This document shows positions 47,818 through 61,620 of a stretch of DNA of 64,000 nucleotides, piece by piece (within the stretch, counting starts at the first letter, position 1; every line of letters starts with the position of its first letter). The notes under the pieces are model-generated. The model searched no databases and was not told where the DNA came from. It saw nothing but the letters and a program-made list of their open reading frames with translations. A program made the translations under genes and the position numbers. Source of the stretch: Torpedo marmorata. Lineage: Eukaryota. Where the stretch lies: NCBI GenBank assembly GCA_977017645.1, contig OZ360230.1, positions 74,710,001 to 74,774,000 on the forward strand. The letters are read 5' to 3'.

Positions 47818-50800
47818 GTGAGTATGAGAACTTGGTATCGTGTTGGAAAGTATTCGATTCTGACCTAATCGGAGCATTTTCAGCACATTGTACTGGAAGG
47901 TCGGGTTTCTTCAGTGCTCCCGTGAACTGAATTGCTCTTTGTGAGGGGTAATTATATACTCCCATCGGAAAGCCATAGTTCGAAGAATTGGAACCCCAAA
48001 GGGCAGGAGTAAAGGGGAGACAGTTAAGAGAGAACGCATAGGATCATTTTCACTGGTCACTTGATTCAGAAATCTACATTCACTGTCTAGAGAAACTAAT
48101 GAAGACAACCATTGTTCGGAATTTCTGGTGTTAATAATGGTTAGATTATTGAAACGGTCCCAAAATATAGGAAACCTTCCCTGTGAAAGAATGCGCCGAG
48201 TTGTTATTTCCACAGTTTAGTGACGGATTTAGGTGGATTACAAATAACAAAAGGGGTTACAAGCCGCGGGGACAGATTGAGTGTGAAGGGATTCCTTTCA
48301 TTTACAGAAACAGGGCGATCCCTCAGGACGTGGCCGGTCTGTGGTGGAACATCAAGAGAGAGGTCAAGCAGGGGTGCTGCTTTTTTTGCGGATTAAGGGG
48401 GAAAGATGATCTGTTGTAGGAGGTGGAATTTGAGCCTGGCATATTGGTGGGATGAGCACGAGTGTGTACTCAGTCTCCGTTTCTCAGATAAGTTAAACAT
48501 GTCACAACATAAGGAATCGCGCGGCTGTGATTTCCTACCAGTGACAAGGCTTCTGCCCAGCACCGTTCACCAACAATTGGAACTTACACAAGACTCTGTG
48601 CAGTCAATGGCCTCACCCTGGCGTCTGAAAATACCTTCGTATTCTCTCTCCAATTTTCCTCGACATGTTTTAAATGACACGTTAGGCGGCGTTTGTGTCA
48701 GGCTATTTTTTTTGAAGGAGAAATGCAACCGAAGGCTCTCAATTTAAGTAAATCGAACATTTGCTTTTGTATTTATAGTCGGGATTGCATTACTAAATCA
48801 TTCAATTCCAAGTCACATAACAACGCAAATAAGTGAATGTGGGAACGTTGTTAATGATTGTAATGAGCCTGAACCTGAGATGTTCAGCTCTTTAGCACTA
48901 TGTGCTTTGACGCACTGATAATTTTCTGATCGTTACCCTGGGTTCAAATTGATTGCTGCCAGAGTTTAGAGATAAATCACGGATTGCCAGCGAGTGCCCT
49001 ACCGCCTACCCAACCCTTTCACAAACCATTGGGGAATAAGCACAATACCTATAGTTCAGCGACTTCCCCTGAAACCCGACACCCGGGAGAGGTCAATCCT
49101 CTTACTCCAGCGACAAAGCAGCCCGCAGGATACCGGGTGCTGTCTACACACGGTGGCTGGCAGGTTTGAGAGAAGTGGTACCAGCAGGAGGCCGTTAGGT
49201 TTGATTGGAGGGTTAAACCCGTGTTAGCGAGGAAGGCCTCATTTTATTTGTAGGACGGAGTTTAATGTTGAAACGCTTTCCAGTTAATTGAAAGATAGTA
49301 GTTTTTCCTACCAGGTATTTGCATCCTATTTATAAACCTTGGTGAAAAATTAAATAGTCCTTTGCTTCTCCGCCGCTCAAAGTACTCTTGAACCCTTTAT
49401 TTAGATTACTCTTGGTCAATGTTTTATTAGATAATGGTGTATAGAATGCACAGAATGGGAAATGCTTACTTTAATTCTGAAATAAAACATAACATATTCA
49501 TTTTTTGCAACAAGGAATGTTGTGCATTGAAAAATGGAATTGTCAAAACGCTATTGCAATTAGCACCTTTTTTTTTTTAAAGAGAGGGTTACGAATGTAC
49601 TGCTTAATGTCCTTTATTTAATATGGGGCGGCCCGGCGCCTCACTACTTGAATTTCAAAGATTAATTCGGAGCAGTTTATGGAAGGTGGTGAAAGAGCAG
49701 AGACATGATTCTGCCTTCTAGTTTCTCTTCAAAACTAGCTTCTAGTTTCCTTCTAGTTTCTCTTCAAAACTAGCTTCCAACTAATTTTTTTTTTTTTGTT
49801 TCACGAACAAGTTTTGACACATTGGCTTCCAGTATTTAATTTATCAGCACAATCCCCCGGGAGTTCAGAATGTCATGATGGTCATTGAATCTTTATTAAT
49901 GTTCAACCAAGTCTACATAATCACCGAGATATTATGAGGCTGGCCTGAGGATTTATGTCTGGCGATCTCTGAAGACAGCAGGTGCTGCTCACAGTCTTTA
50001 CTTTCTCTAATTAAACGTAAACAGTCAAAATGACTCGTGTGGAATGAAGGCTTTTACAGTTAGGAAACATTATCGACACTGTCCTTCATCTCCTCCTGTG
50101 CACCACTTGCTATTTGAAATAAATATCTGCAGAGTGATTTGAGTGAGTGTGCTTTGGTATTGAGTAATCAGGACATACTTTTAATTATATTGTAAGGATT
50201 GCTTATTCCCTGTGAAAGCAAAATCAATTTGACACGTTCATAAAACGGAAGATTTTTTTTGTGAGGTGAAAACAAGTTATTGATTATTATATCATCTGAA
50301 ACTGAATTTGCTCCATTCTACATAATCCCCACATCTGTTTGCACGTACATTTATTTAACCATGGTTTCCCAAATTCCTTAATCTGTCCACCCCAACCTTG
50401 TTGCACCCGACATTTGCACTCTGTGTTTTATGATCTCAGATCAAATCCTCTGTTATTATTCTGTCGTCTTGCATAATTCTACCATATCTTTCTTTCAGAA
50501 ACTTTCTTCTTAATCTCTCTGCATTATTAGTTCTCTTCCCATTTTTAAGAGCCTTCTAAATCTTTTTGAAATAAATTATCTCCCTTCATCTTTTATGTGA
50601 TTTGACATTTGCCGTCCTTCATGAAGCAGGAATCAAGTGACCATTAAAAATGAATATTCATTTCAAACAGGGTGCCATGCACATTACATCATTTTAACCA
50701 AATATTTTTAACTTGCATGTGCATAATGCAGAATTACACTAACCTTGGGGGATACAGATGGACACACTTCCTTGGTGCATTCATACCTTGAAAAAATCTA

Positions 50801-50882
50801 CATTACTAATGTTAACTGGCATTTCCCAGAAATATGTACCCATGAAATAAAAGGTATGTGTTTGTGTGCTTTATTTCTACAG

Positions 50883-51546
50883 TGGGAGGAAGTGAGTATT
50901 ATGGATGAGAAAAATATTCCGATCCGTACCTACCAAGTTTGCAATGTGATGGAAGCAAATCAAAATAACTGGCTGCGGACTGATTGGATCCCTCGTGAGG
51001 GAGCCCAGAGAGTGTACATCGAAATTAAATTTACCCTTCGGGACTGCAACAGTCTGCCGGGTGTCATGGGAACATGTAAAGAGACCTTTAATCTGTTTTA
51101 CTTTGAATCAAATAATGATAATGAGTGGTATATTTCAGAAAACCGATACATAAAGATTGACACCATTGCAGCCGATGAGAGTTTTACACAAGTGGACATT
51201 GGTGACCGGGTAATGAAACTGAACACTGAAGTTCGGGATGTTGGCCCTCTGACTAAGAAAGGCTTCTACTTGGCATTCCAAGATGTTGGTGCCTGCATTG
51301 CCTTGGTGTCTGTTCGTGTTTTCTACAAAAAATGCCCGCTGATAGTACACAACTTGGCACAGTTCCCTGACACCATTACAGGTGCTGACACCTCATCACT
51401 TGTGGAAGTGCGTGGCTCCTGTGTGAACAACTCTGAGGAGAAAGATGAGCCAAAAATGTATTGCGGTGCGGATGGTGAATGGTTGGTACCCATAGGCAAC
51501 TGTCTGTGCAACACTGGCTATGAAGAGCAGTCTGGAGAATGCCACG
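50883..51546 (+). CDS. EPHA4: EphA4 coding exon 3 (ephrin ligand-binding domain and start of the Cys-rich region)
   Basis: tttctacag|TGG...CAC G|gtagg; 664 bp; [23 protein letters not shown]...[32 protein letters not shown], diagnostic of EphA4. No later exon is visible in the window. Confidence 0.97.
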
Positions 51547-54500
51547 GTAGGAAATTTTTTTTAAAATGAAATTCCATTTAGGCTTTATACAGAAGTAATT
51601 TAATTAGTGTTAGTACAGTATGGTGTAACTAGAGATAATTAGCTTGTCCATTGGGACATTTAATGCCTCAACAGAGTGATTAACAATTCTGTCAGTTCTA
51701 TGTGGTATCTCTGCTTCATAGAATAACAGGTGAAAAGCACACACTTCAAATGACTGTAAAATATTTGTGTCAAAAATTAGAGATTTAAAAAATCATCACA
51801 AAAGAATTTAGTCATTCATGCATCAGTTGCCTTAAGATATTTGGAACAGTAATGCAAATGCATATCTAGGTTTTAGAATTTGCAGTAAATAGCTATTTCA
51901 GTGTCATTGATACTGCTGCAAGGCTCCCATTTAATTCCTAGCATTTACAATGATTCTATTGGGTTCTTGGTGAATGTGATAACAGGATCAGCATTCAAAT
52001 ACAGTGTACTCTCAGGATTGTATCATTAATGCTTCTGCATGGTTACATAGCAGATTTATGGCAGGTGCAACATGCAAATGTTGATAATATGATGTGACTG
52101 TGCAGAAATGGACCACTGAAATTCCCATAATCATCTCTGCACCTATGCCAGCTAAAGAAGAACCACCATGATGAAAAGCATTTCTGGAACAATAACAGAG
52201 ACCAATACCTTGTGGTCCACCACTGAGTGATGGGCCATGCATTGTTTGGATTTCACAACTAATCTGCAGACTTTGCATTGTACCTTCATTGAAACATTTT
52301 GCAGATATGTACAAGATGGTGAATAATCTTCACAATTGTAAATAACCTTCCTGAGTCATGGTGATGTTGTACTCCAATGCTGTTTTGGAAAGGACAATAA
52401 GGTTTTGGTACCTCAGTATTATTACAAAGTGAACAATTTAAGTTAAAGCAGATATCAAATCAGCTGAGCAGTAGAGCTTTACAACAACTAGTTTACAAAT
52501 TGCTTAGATTCCTCAGTAGTAGACTAGAGTCATGGGAGAATGCCATTTTCTGTACAACATTTGTCAAATAGTAAGTTCACTTGAATTGATAGAGCTGTGG
52601 GTGCAAAGTTTTCATTGACTTTTCATTGCTGTTAATGTGTCTATAGGCAAGTAAAAAACCAGAGTGACTTTGATTAGAAACAATAAAATAAACGTTGTAC
52701 CGATTTGGTTTTAATAGAACTCTTAAATCGGAAATATGTTACATTTCATTCAGCTGAACACAATCCGACATCAGCGAAAAAGTCATACAGGATGTAAACT
52801 GAAAATCAATAAGAAATGGGATGAAATGTAATCTTTTTGTTCATGATAATTAATCAGGATCATTATTATTTTATTCTCAACTGCTAATAGTGCTTAGTCA
52901 GAACCTAATTTATTTGAGCATAGAGAAAAACTACACTTTTTAAGAAGTCAGAAAAAATCTCAAATCAAAAATTGTGTATTGAAGTAAATTACACCCTTAA
53001 ATAGAAGTTTTGGATTCTCTTATTTCGTTCTTGCATTCAAGTATTTCTACTTTCCCTGTTCTCAAAGACAGTATTATACTAATTTTTCTGAGTGTTCAGC
53101 TGATTCAACAAACATAGGCCATCTTTTATATATCTATAGCCTTTATGTGATCTGTTTGGTTTAGTCATTCCAAGGTTACTCAAAGAGCTCAACGTGCAGC
53201 CTCATTGGGTTATCTTGATTAATGGGAGAATAACAGAGTTTTCTTGTTTTGAGCTTAGTGCCCCATGTTTGGTACAGCTAATTACATTGCTTTGTTCAGT
53301 AAGAGCCTTTTGATAAGTAAGACTGGTAAATGATAGGACAGATCCCTAACAAATGCAAAAGGCATTGCTCAGTGAAAAAGTCTTGTATACAAGTGAAGCT
53401 ACAATCCAGCAGAATTTGTTTATGATCTTTTTTTATAACCACATTATCTTTTATAAAGGATGTATCTTCAATAAATTATTCCCCATTTTATGGCCACTCA
53501 TTCCAGTTGTTACAAAGAAAAAGCAGTGAAATGAGTTGTTAGGAAGTGACATCAGGGATATTATTCTGTATTTTATAACCTTATTCCAATAGTAATAATT
53601 TTTATCACACTAGCTGAAGTTGGGAGACAAATTATAGTATGCGTTCCTGAAAGGCTAAATGTGATTTTCTAATCTTTAATCTGGTTCGTTATATACATTA
53701 TATATTATATACATTATTAGTATTATCTTTTGGAGATATAATATTCAGCCTTTGAATTGAGGGGGCCATAGGGGGCCAGGATCTTCTGCCCCGACCACTG
53801 CCATTTAATTCAAGTAACATTGAAAGTGTTTGAATCTTTGTGAATAGGAACTGCCCCTATTGTTTTGCATGGAAGAACTCTGACGGGACAATTATGGAGC
53901 AGGGGTCAAGGGTCATTTACTTCCTCATCCATCTTCCTCCTGTCATTGGGGGTTAGCGTTAGATTGATTAAGATCTCATGGTGTGACAAAGCCCTGGCAA
54001 TCATCAGTGGTGGATGTTTTTTGTTACTGGAGTCACCAACGCTGATCATCTGCTGGGGCCTGGGACCATGAGAGGCAGACTTACATTTCCTCTTCCAGTT
54101 GTCACCTTTAACAGAATGTGTTAATACTTGAAAGAAATGTAGGATTGGTAGGGATGGACCTAAGGTTTCAAAGTGACAGATTGGTATTGTCTGTGCCACC
54201 TGCAAGTTCATTTGAAAGGGACAATGATGTCTGACTTCCTTGTAAGATAACAAATAGAACTGAGTTGTGATGTCAATGCATCATTAACTATGCATTGGTA
54301 AAACAAATGAAAACTTTTATTTTAAACAGAATCCTGCAACCTTGCTGTAATACAAAAATGCACTGATCATCACCCATAGTTGGTTTTAATACAGTTGTTA
54401 GCATAAAAGTGTTTGATTTACTGTGAGGTGTTTGATTTACTGCCAGTGCAAAAACATCTGATTGATCCCTCTTTAAATCATTGCCTCATTTAGACAATTA

Positions 54501-55939
54501 TCATGTTGAAGGCAATCTCTTAATTATGATGGTAAATAATCTCTTAATTATGATGCTAAATTGAATATGTTTTGTTAATCTAAATATGGTAAAGTTGTTC
54601 AGAACCAAATATTCTCTTTTTGAAGAAAATAAACTTGTTTGTATTGAATGAAATTAGCTGCTTGTTTTGGCTTATTAGAAGCATTTTAGAGAATGTGCGA
54701 AGACCAAGTATGTCGTTGTGAACAATGGTACTAATCTAATATAAAATGCAGTTACTGTCACATTAGGATTGAATACTCACTGCCAAACAGGTTTTGTGTC
54801 CATCACTAGCACAGGAAAGTGGTACATGCTCAATTCATTTTCTGATTCCAGTGAATTTAAAAATGCACTGAGTGACTTTGCAGAAAAAAATGTTCAGTAA
54901 TTTTGTGCTGAATTTGTGTTTGTATTGAATGAAAACCCCTTGAAAGTAGGGGTGAATTTGATAATGAAAATTATCTGCAACTCTCAAAATATGCCTTTTC
55001 TAGAGTTGTTCTTTTATTTGACTCAGATATTACCTACATTTACTGATTGAAAAAGTGGAGCTGCTCAAGTGCTTTTACATGTCAGCTTTTTAAAGGCATT
55101 TATACATGTTCTTATATTATAATGATAGCTTCCACATGGTAACTACATTAGAATTGGTTCTTTAAAACCTGCTTCATGAGATTTTATTTAGAAGCAATCC
55201 ATCTCTGCTTCCATCTTAAATTTAAGAGATGTTCGGGGGAATATAATTACACATGATTAAGACAAATTTATTTTGCGTATTATGCAGTAAATTACGAGAA
55301 AAAAGTGGAGCCTAGTTATATTATTAATGTACTGACATAGAAATGTTGTACAATGAGACTGTCTCTTCACTGAAGAGGCATGTTAGATTTCATAACCATA
55401 TAACACTGTGATTGGCTGCTATTGTAAAGTGCAGAGAGCTTAAACAAAATCCCCTGAACTCAGTATGTGGGATTCACATGTTCAGCATCTGTGTTTTACT
55501 GTGTCAATCAATGATGGAAGATCAACAAGATATCTCTCAATGTCATCATCACACTGACAACCCTGATCCCCGCCATTCATCTGTTTTGATGAATGGCCAG
55601 CCAGCTTATCTCCTCATAGATCAGGTTCCTTGTTGGCAAATTTTCTACACTAAACTATGCAAGATAGTACATCCCATTTTCTAATTCACAAATTTTCTTT
55701 GCAAATTGGACCTTGGGAATCATCAGAAGTTGAAAAAGCACAACATTGTCTGAGGGCAGACATATTAGACTCAGCATGGAAACAGAGCATCATAGCCTGC
55801 ATTAACCTTTTTACAGCAATGACTTTGCACTTGTGTAGTGGTCCACATTAACTCAGTGCAAGAATGGTGCTTACAGCATGTGGGTCGCTCGTACACTATA
55901 CAGTGTACACTGCAGATACTGAGGTCCTGTGCGGTACTC

Positions 55940-56159
55940 CAGCCATTCCCAACCTTTTTTTGGCCATGGCCCCCTTAGGACTCTGCTCAAAGTTTATGGG
56001 CCCCCTTCCCTGTGCAGCAGTCAAGTTTAGTTGGTTTCTTCTGTACTTCTCTCCTACTGACATAAAATAAAAAAAAATATTTTGAGATTTTAGTCCATGT
56101 CCCCCCTTAAATCTGCTATGGCCCCCAGGGGGGTTGAACAATGCTGTTGAGAATGGCTG
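55940..56159. mobile_element. hAT-like MITE
   Basis: 14-bp TIRs CAGCCATTCCCAAC / GTTGAGAATGGCTG (13/14 match); no clean 8-bp TSD. Confidence 0.7.
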
Positions 56160-56221
56160 CAATACACAAAAATGCTGGAGAAACTCAGCAGGTCGCACAG
56201 CATCCATAGAAAGTATAAGGC

Positions 56222-56260
56222 AGTTGAAGTTTCAGGCCTGAGCCCTTCTTCAGAAGTGTT
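56222..56260 (-). ncRNA. Second Penelope minimal hammerhead-like motif
   Basis: Minus strand: CUGAAGA-A-GGGC-ucag-GCCU-GAAA-CU-UC. Confidence 0.55.
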
Positions 56261-56481
56261 GAAAATCAGGCATATGCCCAAATAAAAAGGTGAGGGTGGG
56301 AGGAGAAGGGGGAAGAAGCACAGGATAACAGGTATTAGGTGTATATACAGGTGGGGGGGGGGGGAGAAAGGGCAGAGGGATCACCAATCGGAGAAAGAAG
56401 GGGGTGGGGAGCTGAAGGGAGACAGAGGAGCGAAAGGGAGAGACGGGAGGAGGGGTGTTAACTGAAATTGGAGAAGTCAAT

Positions 56482-58729
56482 TTTTTAAAATAATATTTTA
56501 TTTTCATTTTTAACAAACAATGAAACAAAATACTTCAAAAACAGATATCACATTATATAGTAATACAATAAAAGTAACAAATATAATAAAGATAAAAAAA
56601 AACCAAATACCCCAAACCTCCCCCCCCAAAAGAAAAAAAAAACTAAACAAAACAAATGGTAGACAATGCTTATATAATTACTAATTTCAAATATATAAAG
56701 GAAAAACTCCAAGGCTTCCCGGCAACAGGGCTTATCGCATGAAGGAACCCAAAACAAATTAATAACAAATCTTTGATTTAATTTATCCTGACCTCAGATT
56801 ATTCTTTTAATTTTTATTTATTTATTTTTAAAACATATAAGACCAAACAATACAGAGACAATCAGTGCAAGAGTATACAATAAGTACAATACAAGGATAA
56901 TAATAAAGAAAATTATAATTACAAATGTCATTAAGTCCCCTCTCAGAAGTAATAATACAAAGAAAGAGCAATCAAGCAATGGCCACATAAAACTGACATA
57001 CCCCCAAAACATAAAGGCAAGGGAAAAAGAAAGGAAAAGAAAAAAGGAATCTAAACTACAACTAACTAACTAACAGAAAAGGGAGAAAATCTAAACCCTA
57101 ATCCATGCGTGTCTGAGACTGGCAAAGATAAAGAAAAAAGAGAGAAAGAATGTTATAAAGCCCGTATTACAATGTCAGAAAGAGACTCATAAACAAACCC
57201 CATATCCTATGAAAGTTGAGATTCTTATCAAGATTAGAACAACAAATTTTTTCCAACGTCAAGCATGACATCACACTATTGAGCCAGTGGCGATGTGAAG
57301 GGGGAATCAACATCTTTCCAGTGTTAAAGAATATTTTTCCTAGCAATGAGTGACGTAAATGATATCACATGCAATGGCGACTTCGTAAGTTTAAGAGTCA
57401 TTAACTTTATGAATCCTGAATAAACCCATAAATGGGTTAGGAGTTAAATTTACATTGAGAACTCTGGACCACATCTGAAAATTACTAGACCAGTAATTAT
57501 ATAATGAAGGACATGTCCAAAACATATGGTATAAGGTGCCTTCCTCGATTTTACATCTATCACAAAGGGGCGAAAGATTTGGGTAAAACTTAGCTAATCG
57601 AGACTTAGAATAATGAGCTCGATGAACAACTTTAAGCTGGATAAATGAATGGCGAGCAGATAAAGAAGAAGAATTAATAGCTAGGAGCACCCGTTCCCAT
57701 ACGGGAACAGAAATCTCCACTTGAAAATCTAGTTCCCACTGCCGTTTAACCTTTAATAATATATCCTCCCTGTAACTAGAACAAGTCAATAACAAATAAA
57801 AAAGAGATAAGGGTTTCTTAGTATCAGACTTGACCTCGTAAATCTCTCGGATAATTTCCAAATTTAATGCTTGAGGGAGGAGCAATTTAAGCAAAATTAA
57901 GAAGTTCCTGACTTGAAGATATTGGAAAAAATGTTGAGCAGGTAAGTTAAATTTAGTAACTACGGTAATTGTTGAAATGTTGCAAGATTACCATCCACAT
58001 ATAAATCCAGGAAAGTCCTAATCCCAAGTGTTGACCAGCTGTGGAAACCACCATCCATTGTTGATGGGAGAAAAAAAGAATGATACAAAATGGGATTATT
58101 CAATAGAAAATCATGCGCACCTACAGACTTCCTAAATTGAAACCAAATTCGTGAAGTATGTTTAACAACTGAATTAGTCACAAATTTAGAAACGGAGAAA
58201 GGCAGAGTGGCGCCCAAGACCGATATAAGTGAATGTTTTTTAATAGAGTTTAATTCAAATTCCAGCCATTGACTAACCAGTCTGTCTCCCACCGCATGAA
58301 CCCAAAAATGAACATATCTAATATTAGCGGCCCAGTAATACAACCTAAAGTTTGGGAGGCCAAGACCACCCTCCTCAGATAATCTAAATAAGGTTGCCAG
58401 ATTTTAAAAAAATAACTTGTTTGTTTTTAATGTTATACGTAATTTTCTCCAATGGAATACAACTATTTATTTCTGAAGTCCATCTATCAATAGACAATGG
58501 GGAATCTGACTTCCAAGTAGTCATTAAACACTTTCTAGCCACACAAAAAGCTATTCCCAAAAATATAATTTGATATCTGGTTAAGGTGTCCTTAATAGTA
58601 GTAAAATTTCCCAAAAGGCATATCTCTGGATCTAAAATTAGAGTAACTCCAATAACTTTAGATATGATGTTACAGAGATTATGTCAAAATTGTCTCAACT
58701 TACAGCACATCCATGTTGAATGTAAAGCG
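56482..58729 (-). mobile_element. L1 fragment A (ORF2 C-terminus and 3' UTR), split by L1 B
   Basis: 6-bp TSD GTCAAT (56476-56481, 58730-58735); encodes HSTW.C...TWKSD...SCIPLEKITY at 58384-58727. Confidence 0.8.
56806..58372 (-). mobile_element. L1 fragment B (different subfamily) nested in L1 A
   Basis: GGLASPN..YYWAAN-like segment and CDRC...HMFWTC; imperfect TSD CCTCAGATTATTCT (56792-56805) / CCTCAGATAATCT (58373-58385). Confidence 0.85.
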
Positions 58730-59807
58730 GTCAATATTGATGCAGTCCTTCGAGAATGCTGAGAAGGAATACAAGATGTTGTTCCTCCAATGAATGGTGG
58801 CTTTAATTTGACAGTACATAAGGCCATGGAAAGACATGTCAGTGGGACAATGGGGTGTGGAATTGAAGTGGTTGGCCACTGGCAGGTCCTTCCTGTTGCA
58901 ATAGACAGAGCAAAGGTGCTCAATGAAGCAATCTCCCAATCTGCATCCCGTCTCCCTAACTTAGAGGAGGCCGCATCAGGAGCCTATGCAGTGTGTTGGT
59001 TCTTGAAGCATTCACTTGGAATTCCGAAAGCTTGTTCGGACCATTATGAAAACTGAGGCACACTTACTACTGGTTGTGCAAGTTGAGAGTGGGCAGGTGG
59101 GTTAGATGGTCACGTCAAAAACAGGTGAAAAATTTCCTTCTTGGGTTGCGTATTCTGGAATCGTACTTGCAGTGCAAATCCACCCTTCGATGGTTGGTTT
59201 TATTTCAATGAGTGCCAGATTTGTTACAGACCTGCACATTCATTTTCTGCTCCTTGGAGATGGCTGTGAGGTGCAAATTAAGGGGTGGTGATCACAACAG
59301 TGGTTGTGATTCTAAATCCCCATGATTCTCAAAGTAGCAGGTCTTGGAGGAGGCTCCAGACCTCTGGCATTCTTCTTTGGATCGACTGAGAGAGAGGACC
59401 CTGAACCTATAGATCCTATTGGATGGTACGGCCTTCCACAAACTGTGGCCCTCACCCATAACCTTTACAGGGGTCTGAGGTTAGCTCTTGTATGTTGACT
59501 GGGTTCCTGCTGATTCTGCTCTTCCTAGACTTTGTGCATCCAGTACATTGTAGCTAGAGCAACACCCACCTTTGCTCCCACTTCTTCAGGTGAAGTTGTC
59601 AGAAAACCCTTCAACTGTAGCCAAATTCGCAAAAAGAGCAATCAAGAGATTGTTTGAATGCTCCAAAGGCAACAAAGGCATTTGGAGTGGCTTAAGTCGT
59701 AAAATAGGAATGACATAAAATATGCCATGGTACACTGTTTTGCATGGTATAATTGTTAACAGTTGCAAGTCTCATGAGGAAATGTTGATATTACGGTCTC
59801 TGATTCA

Positions 59808-60030
59808 GTTCAAAAGTTCCTTTTATTGTCAAGTAATAATACATTAAAAATGTAATACACATGATGTGCTTCAACTTTTTTCTGCTGTAAGCGTCACCAT
59901 GAACATTGCTCGGTGCCCCTAACAATAGGAGAAAAAGAAGCAAAAGAGAGTCCCTTCAGAGACACTGAGTGTCTGTGGATTCACCTCCAGCACTCCCACA
60001 GCCGCACAGGCTCCAGATCCAAACCTCCGA
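59808..60030 (-). mobile_element. Non-autonomous retroposon 3' fragment sharing its tail with the 5S SINE
   Basis: Minus-strand end catgtgtattac...tattacttgacaataaaaggaacttttgaa resembles 43475-43521. Confidence 0.45.
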
Positions 60031-60822
60031 TCAGTTCTTCTCTGGAGGCTGTTGTTTGTGAATTTTTCTACCATAATAATAGATGAAAAAAACATTCCAA
60101 ACTTGCCTCAGTGCAAAATTAGTTAAAGATATCATCTTTATTGCATGAGGTCCAAGTGAATTGTTAATGGTGAACGGAGCTATACTGTAATTACTGTTTA
60201 GCAAATTCTTTGACCCCCAAACAAAATGGTTGCATGTAACGAAATTGTAATCCCCAGTCATAAATATCTCAAAATCAGATCTTTTAAAAAGAAATTTCTG
60301 ATATTTTAGCTTCTACCTTGATCTTAGATGTATCTTCCAGCCTTTAGAATTATGTCAAATGCTTAAAATTTTACTTTTATTTTTATTTTCTTCCTGATTT
60401 GTTGCTGGTGACAGTTCCTTAATTCAATGAGCTTGGAGCTCTTGTGATGTTTGTGAGCAGCTTTCATTGGTGTCAGTGGTGAATCCGTTAGTTTGTTGTT
60501 CACTGCAACATTTATTTAGGCTATTCTTTTCCAACTATTTTGTGTGCCTGTAATTTGCAGCCATTTGCAGTCAAGCAGCCAATGCATCGTGAAGCCAAAG
60601 ATAAGAGGCTGGCTGATGGAGTTTATTGAACTAAAATGGAAATGAGTTCCAATTGTTCTATAGAATCTCAAGTTACAGAGTGTGCAGGAGATACATCCCT
60701 GTCAGCACTGGTGGCTCAGGTGAATTATAGGAAGCTAAAATGTCATTAAGTGTGAATGGAGATGGCTCAAAAGAGTAATTTGTCAGAAAAATTTCTTGCT
60801 TTTCGGCAGGTTTTTTTGGGGC

Positions 60823-61620
60823 ATTTAGAGTGAGGCTTCCACTTCAGTGGTTTCTGACATAGCTGACCATCCGGAGCCACAGGTGGGGCAGATGTTGGTC
60901 AACAGGGTGGTTGAGTGTTTTGTTTGGAGTGAGTGCACTCCTTTTTGCCCATTACATTGGGCTTTATGTTTCCTACGCATGGATTTGGGTTCTGAATGTG
61001 CTCTTTTCAGTGATTTATGGACCATGGATTCTCATGATTGGTGGGGATCTTCTGAGAAGGCTTTAAGAATATCCTTGAATTTTTTTCCTCTGACTATCTG
61101 TAATCTCTTTGAACTCAGAGTAAAGTTTGGGAGTCTGGTGCCAGAGATGAGAATAACATGGCCTGCACTTTGGAGCCAAATCTGTGTAATGGGTCTTCAA
61201 TACTGGGGATCCAGGAAACTGGTGTTAGTGTTGTTAATCTGCTAGTGGATTTGGAGGACAGGGAGAACATTGGTAGCAGCTATCAGTGTTTTGAGGTGCT
61301 GCTGAAGGTAGCCCATATCTTAGAAGTGTACAGGAGGGCAGGGCACACAGGCATCTGCTAGACAGTAAGCTTTGTGCCAGGTTTGAGAACTTGATCTTAA
61401 AACACTTTCTCAGAAGGCCAAAGGCAGCGCTGATGCACCAAAGGCAATTTTGTTATTAGTGTATGACTTCATTGGCTTGCTCTTAAATATGGGAGCTGGC
61501 CTATTCTCTTGGGTCATTATTGTTGAAGGGTAGGATTGTTTAGCCAGGGACAAGTTGGTAGAGGACTTTTGTTTTTTAGATGTTAAGTGTAAGGCACATT
61601 CTCTCATATGCTTCAATAAA
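60823..61620 (-). mobile_element. Degenerate RTE-clade LINE 3' part
   Basis: C-terminal RRKHK...ICPTCG motif and decayed RTE-like ORF2 segments; many stops. Confidence 0.6.

Larger units (their letters stand above)
56162..59045 (-). mobile_element. Penelope 3' fragment (GIY-YIG end and tail) split by nested L1s
   Basis: Tail and hammerhead-like motif at 56162-56481; resumes at 58730 with R.GDCFIEHL...DLPVANHFNS...HGLMYC. Confidence 0.85.

Noticed and set aside
50745-50882. N-terminal 46 aa of the 274-aa ORF
   Set aside because: Intronic read-through upstream of the acceptor at 50882; Eph homology starts at WEEVS.
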